From positions 2,804-66,803 of the forward strand of contig JALHRC010000005.1 of the NCBI GenBank assembly GCA_022841645.1: a DNA stretch of 64,000 nucleotides. The letters run 5' to 3'. Of the stretch, positions 54,909 through 63,250 are shown one piece after another. Under the pieces are notes generated by a model that saw only the letters and a list, made by a program, of their open reading frames with translations, searched no databases and was not told where the DNA came from. The stretch's first letter is position 1, and the number at the start of each line of letters is the position of its first letter. Source of the stretch: Minisyncoccota bacterium. Its GTDB lineage: Bacteria; Patescibacteriota; Minisyncoccia; Phycocordibacterales; UBA918. Position numbers and translations under genes: made by a program.

Positions 54909-55832
54909 TTAACGACACCCATTACGAGGATTAGTATATGCGCCCCAATGATTAAACCCTTGTCGTGTGCGCAACAAATCTTGCGCTACAGCAGTGTTGC
55001 AATCAATATTTTGGGCTGCCCGTACACATTGGACATATAAATCTCGATTGAGAATGACGGCGTCGTAATTTCTGCCCCGAAAAGCACTCGTGCAATCGAG
55101 ATTTCGCCCACCGTTAAGACGCGTGCAAGCTGGTTGATTTAAATTATGAACAGTAAGGTTGACTTGATACAGACCAACCGAAAATGAATCACCGGAAGCA
55201 CGTAATCGATCGGTTGAACTAAGCGCACCAGGCATGCATGCACTTTCACCCCGAATAATGCATGACATTGTTTCAGCTGCCGCGCCCCAAGTGCCACGAA
55301 GAGCATCTGGTGAGCAGGCGCCGCTAGCTAAACGTGTTGGATCAATTAAATTGCTCGAGCTAGCATTTGTAGGAGAAAGTCCACCCTGGAGATCTGGCTG
55401 CGCCACACACTGAATCTGATTCCAGGTACCGTATATTTGTCCAGTAACCAGCGCCTTAAGCAAGGTATCAATAAGTAGCCAAGCCGCCAAAAGAACTAAA
55501 AAACCAATTGCTACGTCGTAAAAGCGTTGTTTAGCCCAGCTCCTTGCCTCAGGGTTACCGCCAGATGTAAGTAGCTTAAAGCCCGCCATCATAAAGATAA
55601 GGGCGGCAACCATTGCGAGAATAAGTACCAGCCAGTCGACAACATTGTTGATGAGCAGTACTAAATGACAGAACTGGCAGGGATTTGCTATTCCACCACA
55701 CTGTGGCACGAGCCCCGCTGCCATAGTGGTGTCTGGCGTAAATAAAAATACCGTCGCCAGAACGACGCCAAGCCCCGCCGCCAAAAACCAACGTCTCATT
55801 ACGCCCATGGTACCATGGCGCCTCACTTCCAA
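54909..55832 (-). CDS. Pilin-like (VirB2/TrbC-like N-terminus) protein with a Cys-rich C-terminal domain bearing lytic-transglycosylase-like motifs
   Basis: Its N-terminus is paralogous to 53581..54318. The C-terminal domain has ES (RGESACMPG), GLYQ (SVGLYQVN) and AYT (NHWGAYTNP) motifs reminiscent of the SLT family, plus 12 Cys. The start could instead be at the internal MGVMRR. Confidence 0.4.
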   Translation of the reverse strand: MEVRRHGTMGVMRRWFLAAGLGVVLATVFLFTPDTTMAAGLVPQCGGIANPCQFCHLVLLINNVVDWLVLILAMVAALIFMMAGFKLLTSGGNPEARSWAKQRFYDVAIGFLVLLAAWLLIDTLLKALVTGQIYGTWNQIQCVAQPDLQGGLSPTNASSSNLIDPTRLASGACSPDALRGTWGAAAETMSCIIRGESACMPGALSSTDRLRASGDSFSVGLYQVNLTVHNLNQPACTRLNGGRNLDCTSAFRGRNYDAVILNRDLYVQCVRAAQNIDCNTAVAQDLLRTRQGFNHWGAYTNPRNGCR

Positions 55833-55888
55833 AATATCTGCCTGTGTGCTACCTTGTACGGGCTTTTATAGCACGAAGAAGAGTAGTT

Positions 55889-55936
55889 GCGCCGGTGGTG
55901 GAGTGGATGAAAAGTGAAGCGTTTCACTTTTCATCC
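55889..55936 (+). repeat. 18-nt fragment matching the tRNA-Tyr 5' end (gcgccggtggtggagtgg) fused to a perfect 14-bp hairpin
   Basis: It matches the acceptor/D-arm of tRNA-Tyr (17/18). The hairpin is ggatgaaaagtgaa-gcg-ttcacttttcatcc. Confidence 0.5.
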
Positions 55937-56061
55937 AGTCTTCCGCTAGTGCGGAAGAAGGGTCGTTGTGAGTACATGCGGAGCTTGCACGAACAGACCC
56001 TAGGAGGAATCGCGGACGAACGCCCATAGAAATCAAAGCGTTCCAATTAAAATCTATATTA

Positions 56062-56098
56062 CGTCGGTGGTGGAGTGGTCAATCACAACAGACTGTAA
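56062..56098 (+). repeat. 37-nt exact duplicate of the 5' half of tRNA-Tyr (through the anticodon), followed by a hairpin-rich 150-nt insert
   Basis: It is identical to 56252..56288. Serial perfect hairpins follow downstream (atgtgtcttc/gaagacacat, gtcgc/gcgac, aaatct/agattt). Confidence 0.65.
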
Positions 56099-56250
56099 GA
56101 CTGACGCTTCGCGCACCAGGCAGTCTTTCTGGCAGATGTGTCTTCCACCGAAGACACATTAAAAAGTCGCTATAGCGACACACCAGTAAATCTTACAGAT
56201 TTCCAGTCTAGATAGATTACGAAAAACATTTGAGTTACAATTGCATATCT

Positions 56251-56333
56251 GCGTCGGTGGTGGAGTGGTCAATCACAACAGACTGTAAATCTGTCGGCTT
56301 CGGCCTACGAAGGTTCGAATCCTTCCCGGCGCA
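56251..56333 (+). tRNA. tRNA-Tyr (anticodon GUA)
   Basis: It has acceptor GCGUCGG/CCGGCGC with discriminator A, anticodon loop CUGUAAA, a long variable arm and TpsiC TTCGAAT. Two terminator hairpins follow. Confidence 0.85.
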
Positions 56334-56455
56334 CAGGTCGTGAAAAACTTGACGTTTTTCCTCAGAAAGCTCTTGTATATCAAGGGCTTTTTTGGTGCCG
56401 AACCTACCTAGACTATCGCCAAGCTTCTTATAAACATTTTGAAAGCCGATTAGTT

Positions 56456-56854
56456 ATGTTTTGCACTAACTGCGGAAACAAAATCGACATAAATGAAAAG
56501 TTTTGCACAAATTGTGGACTTGAAGGTTTGGGCATTAACAACAAAAACCCACAAACTGCTCGAGAAACAGCTATCAGCGTAAAGAAAGATGAAAAATTGT
56601 ATCACAGATTAGGTGTGGTAATTTATGTGATAGCCCACCTTCCATTACTTGTTATTGTTCCTGTGGTTTGGTCAGAAAATGCAAGGTACTACAGTAGCTA
56701 CACTAAAACATACTCCGGCTCTGATTTTGAAGCGTTTTTGTATTCAGTCTTAACTATTATTATTTGCCTCTTAGTGCTTCGTCTGATTAAAATGGCGACT
56801 AAATATATTGTGATAGGTATAAAGCCCAAGATGCGAGATTTGATATTTTTCTAA
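56456..56854 (+). CDS. Zinc-ribbon domain membrane protein (132 aa)
   Basis: It has an N-terminal CTNCG-x10-CTNCG zinc ribbon and two TM helices. Confidence 0.5.
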   Translation: MFCTNCGNKIDINEKFCTNCGLEGLGINNKNPQTARETAISVKKDEKLYHRLGVVIYVIAHLPLLVIVPVVWSENARYYSSYTKTYSGSDFEAFLYSVLTIIICLLVLRLIKMATKYIVIGIKPKMRDLIFF

Positions 56855-56884
56855 AAAGAACCAACCAAGTACAACAACACTAGG

Positions 56885-57214
56885 ATGGCAACTTTTAAAG
56901 TCACACAGGAAGCAAAAGAACTTTTTGACAAGCTTGTCGCGGAAGGGATTTTTGCTGAACTAGAATACTGGGACGGGTACAAACACGTCGATATACACAT
57001 CCCATTAGCAAAACTTTACATTGAAGTCGATGGAGCCCAACACTTCACAAATCCCAACCAAATAGCCAGTGATTTTCTCAGAGACCACTACTCAGACAAT
57101 AGTGGCTACGACACCTTCAGAATTCCAAACCAAATAGTTAGAGATAAAATGAATACTGTAGTAAAAGCTATTTTAAAGATTGTTTCTGAACGATCTCACC
57201 ATCAGATTTTGTAA
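56885..57214 (+). CDS. DUF559 endonuclease-domain protein (Vsr/restriction-endonuclease-like fold)
   Basis: It has the VDIHIP..KLYIEVDGAQHF motif characteristic of DUF559. Confidence 0.55.
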   Translation: MATFKVTQEAKELFDKLVAEGIFAELEYWDGYKHVDIHIPLAKLYIEVDGAQHFTNPNQIASDFLRDHYSDNSGYDTFRIPNQIVRDKMNTVVKAILKIVSERSHHQIL

Positions 57215-57334
57215 AGGCAAGATACAAACCAGAAAGACTTTCTAAATCCAATTGAGCTTGAGAGTCAGAAATCGCAACCTTATACTGTCTAAACATGTAA
57301 TCTTGATATTTTGTTACTAATTTTACAGTAAACC

Positions 57335-58315
57335 TCATACAATTTTGGTGTCTGGTGACTCAAAAAGATCAGGATGTGTCAAAACTTTAGTCCCAATTTT
57401 TGAACATATTACTTTTTTTTGCGCGCAAGCTACACGCAAAGAAAGTATTGGCTTACCTGTGATTTTTGACACTTCTGATAAAGACAATAATTTTTTTATA
57501 TCATTAAATCTATTACAAATAACCACATCAAGTGCTATTGCTAGACTCTTATTAATAATCTCTTCTAGTTGCAAGGGTGGCTTTACAAACGGATCTTTGA
57601 AATTGTTTTTGATAATCGTTTGAACTATTGGATCGGCATGTTCGAGCGCATCTATATATTCTTTTCTGTCTTTTTCGCTACCCTTTATAGCAATGTTTGG
57701 ATAACCGTGCGCAACTAAAATAAAATTCATCAAGATTCTACCGACACGCCCATTACCATCAGGAAAAGGGTGAATTTGCTCAAACATATCGTGGACTATT
57801 GCAAGCTTTCTCACCAAATAATCCGTAGGCGTAGGCGTATTAGCAACCTCAATAAGCCCTTCAATATGACGCTCAATTTCAAAAGGTGATGAAGTTTTGA
57901 CCTTCGCACCTGTAATCTCTATGTCTCCCTTTCGCCATTCTCCAGGTGTGTAAGAAAAATTTGGGTCTCCTCTAAACATCAAAGAGTGAATTTGACGAAT
58001 AATTGCTTTAGACAATTTAAACTCTTTTGTCTGGAATTGCTGAAAAGCTAATTCGTACGCCGCAAATGCGGCATCAAAATAACCAAGTACTCGATACTCA
58101 GTTTTTGAGTATTTTGGATTATCAATAATATCAATAATATCTGTTCGACTGACAAAATACCCTTCTATCATTAATGAGTTTCTTGTATCCTCTTTAAGAA
58201 GATCCATCCACTCTTTATTTCGAACAGAAACACCACTCAACCCTCCCACATGAAAAAACCACTCAAATCTAAGATTTGCAGTTGAATTTGGTATGATTCT
58301 TCGTTTTATTGTCAT
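57335..58315 (-). CDS. Fic family protein (AMPylator-type motif HPFPDGNGRVGR)
   Basis: It has the canonical Fic motif HPFx[DE]GNGRxxR at HPFPDGNGRVGRIL. An extremely AT-rich multi-TATAAT upstream region spans 58316-58520. Confidence 0.75.
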   Translation of the reverse strand: MTIKRRIIPNSTANLRFEWFFHVGGLSGVSVRNKEWMDLLKEDTRNSLMIEGYFVSRTDIIDIIDNPKYSKTEYRVLGYFDAAFAAYELAFQQFQTKEFKLSKAIIRQIHSLMFRGDPNFSYTPGEWRKGDIEITGAKVKTSSPFEIERHIEGLIEVANTPTPTDYLVRKLAIVHDMFEQIHPFPDGNGRVGRILMNFILVAHGYPNIAIKGSEKDRKEYIDALEHADPIVQTIIKNNFKDPFVKPPLQLEEIINKSLAIALDVVICNRFNDIKKLLSLSEVSKITGKPILSLRVACAQKKVICSKIGTKVLTHPDLFESPDTKIV

Positions 58316-58537
58316 GTAAATTTTCTATTTACTAAGCAAGATCTAATACTTTTATTTACAAAGCATTATTTTAAGCCCTCTTTACTCAATGTTGATATAA
58401 TATCATATAATACTAAACTCGCAATAATCTATTATAATATAGTTTATATGGCTTAAAATATAAGTATATTACAAAAGTATAATAATCTCTTATTTTATCA
58501 TAATTATACATTTATATTTGAATATTACCCCACACAA

Positions 58538-58561
58538 AAGTGTCGAACCAACTCCAGCTCG
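58538..58561 (+). repeat. 24-nt direct repeat R1 (aagtgtcgaaccaactccagctcg) at the 3' flank of the rhuM-doc gene
   Basis: It is 23/24 identical to R2 at 59581..59604. Confidence 0.6.
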
Positions 58562-58573
58562 GCGCACAGAAAA

Positions 58574-59554
58574 CTACCGCAACATTTGTGTTACAAGCGC
58601 TACCATCTGCTCTTTCTTCTTTGGATCACTTTCGGCTATCAAAAGCGTAAGGGCAGTGAGTGCTGCTGGATTAATATTCTTTGCTCCTTTCACTCCCACC
58701 TTACGTAAGAACCACACAAAGGCAAACGCTCCTGAGCGCTTGTTGCCATCAGAAAATGGATGGTTCTTTACCATAAAGTAGAGCAGGTGTGCCGCTTTTT
58801 CCTCGACAGTTGGGTACACCGACTTACCACCAAATGACTGCATGACGTTACCGACGATACCTTCAATATTTCCTTCTCGCCGCTCGCTAGCAAACAAATC
58901 AGTGGCCTCCCCTTTCTTTATAAGTTCGCGCTTTAGTTCACTGATTACCAAGAGTAAATCACCTCCAACAAGCGCGACCTTCTTTTTAGTTACCCCCTTT
59001 AGTTCAAGGGTCTCCTTATCATACGCATCAAGGGAAACCCAGGTACCAGCAAATTCTTTTATTAGCTCAAGGACGGCTTTGGGGTCAAGGGTAACCTGAT
59101 CAGGTAACAAAGCTTGTACATCCGACACCGCTTTCATAAAAGCATCGTAATTTTGTGCAACTCGTTTTCGGTTTACGGTATACCCTTTGGTGACATGTTC
59201 ACGCAGAGTCTTAGTAGCCCACTGTCGAAAAGTAGTGGCTTTTTTGCTATTTACTCGATAACCAACAGAAAGAATCATATCGAGGCTGTAGTGATTTACT
59301 TCGCGCTCAATCTGACGCTTTCCTTCAAGCTGAAGTATCCGGAATTTCCGGATAGTTGCTTTTTCGACCAACTCTTCCGTCTTATAGATATTCTTAATGT
59401 GCTCGTTAATAGTTCGCACATCTACATCAAAAGCTAGGGCGATCTGTACTTGTGTTGCCCACACTGTTTCCATTTCCGAATCGCCCCGCAACTCCAAAGC
59501 ACCAGACTTAGTCTGGTAAATTACCATTTTTTGTTCCGACTTTTTCTTAGCCAT
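58574..59554 (-). CDS. RhuM-family N-terminal domain fused to a Doc-type Fic domain (HPFSDGNKR)
   Basis: It has a RhuM-like N-terminus (KMVIYQTKSGALELRGD..VWATQ..IA) and a Doc-type motif HPFSDGNKRSGAFAF. Confidence 0.7.
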   Translation of the reverse strand: MAKKKSEQKMVIYQTKSGALELRGDSEMETVWATQVQIALAFDVDVRTINEHIKNIYKTEELVEKATIRKFRILQLEGKRQIEREVNHYSLDMILSVGYRVNSKKATTFRQWATKTLREHVTKGYTVNRKRVAQNYDAFMKAVSDVQALLPDQVTLDPKAVLELIKEFAGTWVSLDAYDKETLELKGVTKKKVALVGGDLLLVISELKRELIKKGEATDLFASERREGNIEGIVGNVMQSFGGKSVYPTVEEKAAHLLYFMVKNHPFSDGNKRSGAFAFVWFLRKVGVKGAKNINPAALTALTLLIAESDPKKKEQMVALVTQMLR

Positions 59555-59580
59555 ATTAAGTGCATTTTAACATGAAGCAG

Positions 59581-59604
59581 AAGTGTCGAACCATCTCCAG
59601 CTCG
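59581..59604 (+). repeat. 24-nt direct repeat R2 (aagtgtcgaaccatctccagctcg) at the 5' flank of the rhuM-doc gene
   Basis: It is 23/24 identical to R1 and lies 26 nt upstream of the start codon. Confidence 0.6.
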
Positions 59605-59667
59605 TCACCACTTACGATCACTGCAAGCTCTACCAATCATACCTAAAATCATTGCTATACTGGACCT

Positions 59668-61578
59668 ATGTCAGTTTCTGCCGCGCAAAAACACAATCGT
59701 ATCCAGCTACTCACTGCCGTTCTGATGATAGTTATGCTCAGCAGCTATTTTGCCTACACTTCTCTTAAGAATAATCTCCCTCCCCCACCACCGGAGGCTA
59801 TGTATAGAAGTAAAGACGTGCCTACCATGGAGCGTGTCACGGATCTTTTGTCGTACATGTCACTTGAAGAGAAGATCGGACAGATGGCTCTCGTAGAGAA
59901 AAATAGTCTGCGCGCGGTTGAAGATATCTCAGCTTATGGCCTCGGTGCGCTCTTAAGTGGCTTTGGTGGGAGACCTGAAGATAATAGTCCCGCGGGATGG
60001 AAGACGATGGTTGAAACCTTTACTTCGGCAGCACGCTCGTCCCGCCTCGGCATACCCATCTTGTATGGCATCGACGCCATACATGGCCACAGTAATATTC
60101 CCGGTGCCACTATCTTTCCACACTTTATTGGACTTGGAGCGAGCGGTGACGCAACCCTCGTCGAAAACGTTGCGCGCGCCACCGCCAATGAACTTCTCGC
60201 GACCGGCGTACGCTGGAGCTACTCCCCCACCTACGACATGCCCGAAGATATTCGCTGGGGCCGCGTCTACGAAACTTTTTCTGACGACCCAGTGCTCGTA
60301 AGTAAGCTCGGAAGCGCCTATATCCGTGGCTTACAGAAAGCTCAAGGTCAACGTGCGGGAACTTCTTCTCAAGTAATGGTGCTCGCAACACCCAAACACT
60401 ACCTTGGTGCCGGTGGGATGCTGTGGGATACGTCGAGTAACGAGAACTTTAAAATTGATCAGGGTCTAACGCCGGAAGACGAGGCCAAATTGCGTGAGCA
60501 GTATCTGCCGCCATTTAAGAAAGCAATTGAAACCGGAGCGCTCAGTGTGATGGCGGGACTCAATAGCTGGGGTGATACAAAAATTGCCGCTTCCTCATAC
60601 CTCATTACCACCGTACTCAAAGCAGAACTTGGATTTAAAGGTTTTGTCGTCTCTGACTGGTACGGGGTGTACGAGATTCCGGGAAGTGATTACGAGGCTG
60701 CGGTCACCGCGATTAATGCGGGCGTCGATGTGGTCATGCTGCCGTTTGATTACCAGGACTTTGTGAGAAATGTGCGCCGGGCAGTACGACGAGGCGACAT
60801 ACCGGAAGAAAGAATTAATGACGCGGTACAGCGCATTTTAACTGCCAAATTTGAGTTGGGATTATTTGACAATGACACCACAAGAGACATCTCAGAGATT
60901 GGCTCACCGGAGCACCGTGCACTTGCCCGCGAAGCAGTCGCGAAGTCGCTGGTACTTTTAAAAAATGACGCCCGCCTCCTCCCGCTTCGCAGGACTACCG
61001 CTACGATCCGGGTCGCAGGAAGCGCTGCCGACAACATCGGGCGACAAACGGGCGCGTGGACAGTCGAGTGGCAAGGCATCGACGGCAACTGGTTGCCTGG
61101 CGCGACGTCAATTCTCGCCGGCATCAAGGAGGCAGCTCCACCTGGAACGACCGTGGAATTTGATAGCGGCGCATACTTTCCAGAAAATTCACCGAAGGCC
61201 GCTGTCGGTATCGCCGTCGTAGGCGAGGCTCCGTACGCCGAAGGCTGGGGCGATACTCCAATCCCCTCTTTAACTGAGGAAGACCGGGCGACGATCGAAC
61301 GCCTCAGAGCGGCAAGCGAGGTAGTGGTCGTGGTCTTGGTGACCGGCCGACCACTCTTTATAACCAACGAGATAAAAGATTGGGACGCAGTTGTCGTGGC
61401 CTGGCTTCCTGGCAGCGAGGGCGCTGGCGTGGCCGATGTGCTGTTTGGCAAAAGGCCCTTTACCGGAAAACTTCCCCTTCCCTGGCCGAGAACAACCGAG
61501 CAGCTCCCGATCACGGGCAGTGCCACAGCTGACGGCACTAATCCCCTATTTCTCCGTTACTATGGCCTAGGTATCTAA
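59668..61578 (+). CDS. Glycoside hydrolase family 3 (beta-glucosidase / beta-N-acetylhexosaminidase-like)
   Basis: It has an N-terminal signal anchor and GH3 N- and C-domain motifs (KHYLGAG, GFKGFVVSDW with the catalytic Asp, C-terminal alpha/beta sandwich). Confidence 0.85.
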   Translation: MSVSAAQKHNRIQLLTAVLMIVMLSSYFAYTSLKNNLPPPPPEAMYRSKDVPTMERVTDLLSYMSLEEKIGQMALVEKNSLRAVEDISAYGLGALLSGFGGRPEDNSPAGWKTMVETFTSAARSSRLGIPILYGIDAIHGHSNIPGATIFPHFIGLGASGDATLVENVARATANELLATGVRWSYSPTYDMPEDIRWGRVYETFSDDPVLVSKLGSAYIRGLQKAQGQRAGTSSQVMVLATPKHYLGAGGMLWDTSSNENFKIDQGLTPEDEAKLREQYLPPFKKAIETGALSVMAGLNSWGDTKIAASSYLITTVLKAELGFKGFVVSDWYGVYEIPGSDYEAAVTAINAGVDVVMLPFDYQDFVRNVRRAVRRGDIPEERINDAVQRILTAKFELGLFDNDTTRDISEIGSPEHRALAREAVAKSLVLLKNDARLLPLRRTTATIRVAGSAADNIGRQTGAWTVEWQGIDGNWLPGATSILAGIKEAAPPGTTVEFDSGAYFPENSPKAAVGIAVVGEAPYAEGWGDTPIPSLTEEDRATIERLRAASEVVVVVLVTGRPLFITNEIKDWDAVVVAWLPGSEGAGVADVLFGKRPFTGKLPLPWPRTTEQLPITGSATADGTNPLFLRYYGLGI

Positions 61579-61602
61579 GCCTGTACCAACAGACCCGATG
61601 CA

Positions 61603-63210
61603 ATGCTACACTGGAAGCCAATGACCATTACTCCGCTCACTCGTTTTATCCTGCTCGCGACCGTTACCGCAACCGGTGCGGGCGTACTGATTCTCGAGGT
61701 ACTCGCCGTACGGCTCCTCTCGCCCCACTTTGGGACGTCGATGTACGTACTTTCGAGTGTTCTTACCATTGTTCTCGCCGCGCTGGCCTGTGGCTACTAC
61801 GCCGGTGGGCGCCTTTCCGACCGCTACCCCACACCACTCCCTCTCTACCTCATTCTTGCCCTCGGGGGTCTTGCGATCGCGTTCTCGTACGCGCTCGCTA
61901 AGGTGTTCCTCCCCTTTGCACCGCAATTATTCCCTATCACTACCGGGCCACTCATCCTCTCGCTTTGCCTCTTCTTTATTCCGGCATTTCTCCTCGGCAT
62001 GGATTCACCGTACGTCATCAAGCTGCTCACCCACGGGCGCGACGGTGCCACTGCCGGTGCCGAGACTGGTACGACTTTTTTTTGGAGTACCGTCGGCAGC
62101 ATCGCGGGTAGTTTATCGGCCGGATTTTTCTTCATCCCGTTTGTCGGCATTGAGGCAACGTTGCTCGGTGTAGCCGTAGTACTCTCGCTCGGGGCGGCTC
62201 TCGCTGAAACCTTCCTACGATCAACCACCATCGTACCGATGCCAAAAGTAGCTAAACGGCAGTTTTTACTTATTATCGCAGCGGCCACTATCCTCCTTAC
62301 CATCGCCACCTTCACTATGGAGCGACCGTCAAAAGACGGCCCGGGAGTAACGACTATTTATGAAAAAGACGAGCGCTACGGACACGTCCGTGTGTACGAA
62401 CTTGCCTTCTCTCCTCTGCGCCCACCGGCGCGATTTTTACAGCGCGAAGTGAACTCTGAGTCAGCTATTTTCCAAGATAGCTACGAGCACCCTTTTGAAT
62501 ATACACGTTTTGCCGACCTCTACCCGCAGCTCCGACACGGCACCACAACGCGAGCCCTCGTACTCGGTGGCGGTGCTTATAGCATTCCCCGCTCACTCCT
62601 GGCTAACAATCCTGATCTTTTGGTTGACGTCGCCGAACTTGACCCAGCACTCTACCCACTGGCTCAAACGTATTTTGATCTGCGCGTGACTCCACGACTA
62701 CGCAACTTCGTGACCGATGCGCGGTTGCTCATAAATACCGCCGACACTACCTACGACTTTATTTTCATGGACACGTTTAATTCTGGCCTCTACATTCCCG
62801 CCCACCTCACTACGCTGGAATATTTTGCGGCGGTGCGAGAGCGACTCAGTAAGGACGGTCTTCTTATGATCAACTTCATTGGCGCTCGTGATTTGCCGGG
62901 TACGACCCTGACCGATTCTTTTCGCACGACACTACAAGCAGTATTTCCAAATGTGCAGGGATTTGTGGCCCGACCAGAGGAACTACACGAGCTTCAGAAT
63001 ATTATGTTTATTGCTGACGCGACTGACGAATCTCTAGATGTTTCTGGTATCACTGTCGCTACTAACCAGCGCGACGACGCTCCCCTTACCGAACTACAGA
63101 TTCCACTCACCGCACGCGACGAAGCAGCGCAGGTACTATTCACTGATGATCGTTCACCGGCCGAGTACTTGGTCGCCAAGCAGCTCGCGGCCGCCAAAAA
63201 AGCCCGCTAG
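61603..63210 (+). CDS. Fused polytopic membrane domain - spermidine synthase-like aminopropyltransferase
   Basis: It has about seven TM helices and a C-terminal class I fold (VLGGGAYSIPRSL, DVAELDPAL, FIFMD). Confidence 0.7.
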   Translation: MLHWKPMTITPLTRFILLATVTATGAGVLILEVLAVRLLSPHFGTSMYVLSSVLTIVLAALACGYYAGGRLSDRYPTPLPLYLILALGGLAIAFSYALAKVFLPFAPQLFPITTGPLILSLCLFFIPAFLLGMDSPYVIKLLTHGRDGATAGAETGTTFFWSTVGSIAGSLSAGFFFIPFVGIEATLLGVAVVLSLGAALAETFLRSTTIVPMPKVAKRQFLLIIAAATILLTIATFTMERPSKDGPGVTTIYEKDERYGHVRVYELAFSPLRPPARFLQREVNSESAIFQDSYEHPFEYTRFADLYPQLRHGTTTRALVLGGGAYSIPRSLLANNPDLLVDVAELDPALYPLAQTYFDLRVTPRLRNFVTDARLLINTADTTYDFIFMDTFNSGLYIPAHLTTLEYFAAVRERLSKDGLLMINFIGARDLPGTTLTDSFRTTLQAVFPNVQGFVARPEELHELQNIMFIADATDESLDVSGITVATNQRDDAPLTELQIPLTARDEAAQVLFTDDRSPAEYLVAKQLAAAKKAR

Positions 63211-63230
63211 CGCGCGGGCGTTTTTGGCGG
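63191..63230. terminator. Bidirectional terminator hairpin (ccgccaaaaaagcccgc-tagcgc-gcgggcgtttttggcgg)
   Basis: A nested perfect stem with a T-run on both strands sits between convergent genes. Confidence 0.6.
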
Positions 63231-63250
63231 CGTTTCTGCCTATCCACTAT

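Larger units (their letters stand above)
56340..59620. mobile_element. AT-rich (about 35% GC) genomic island adjacent to tRNA-Tyr carrying Fic/Doc, DUF559 and zinc-ribbon genes
   Basis: GC drops sharply compared with about 55% in the flanks. It lies next to a tRNA with duplicated 5' fragments. 24-nt direct repeats bracket one gene. No integrase is visible. Confidence 0.35.

Noticed and set aside
55905-55936. A 14-bp perfect hairpin after the 18-nt tRNA-Tyr-like fragment, considered as an intron-containing or aberrant tRNA
   Set aside because: No matching 3' acceptor strand or T-arm follows. It cannot fold as a tRNA.
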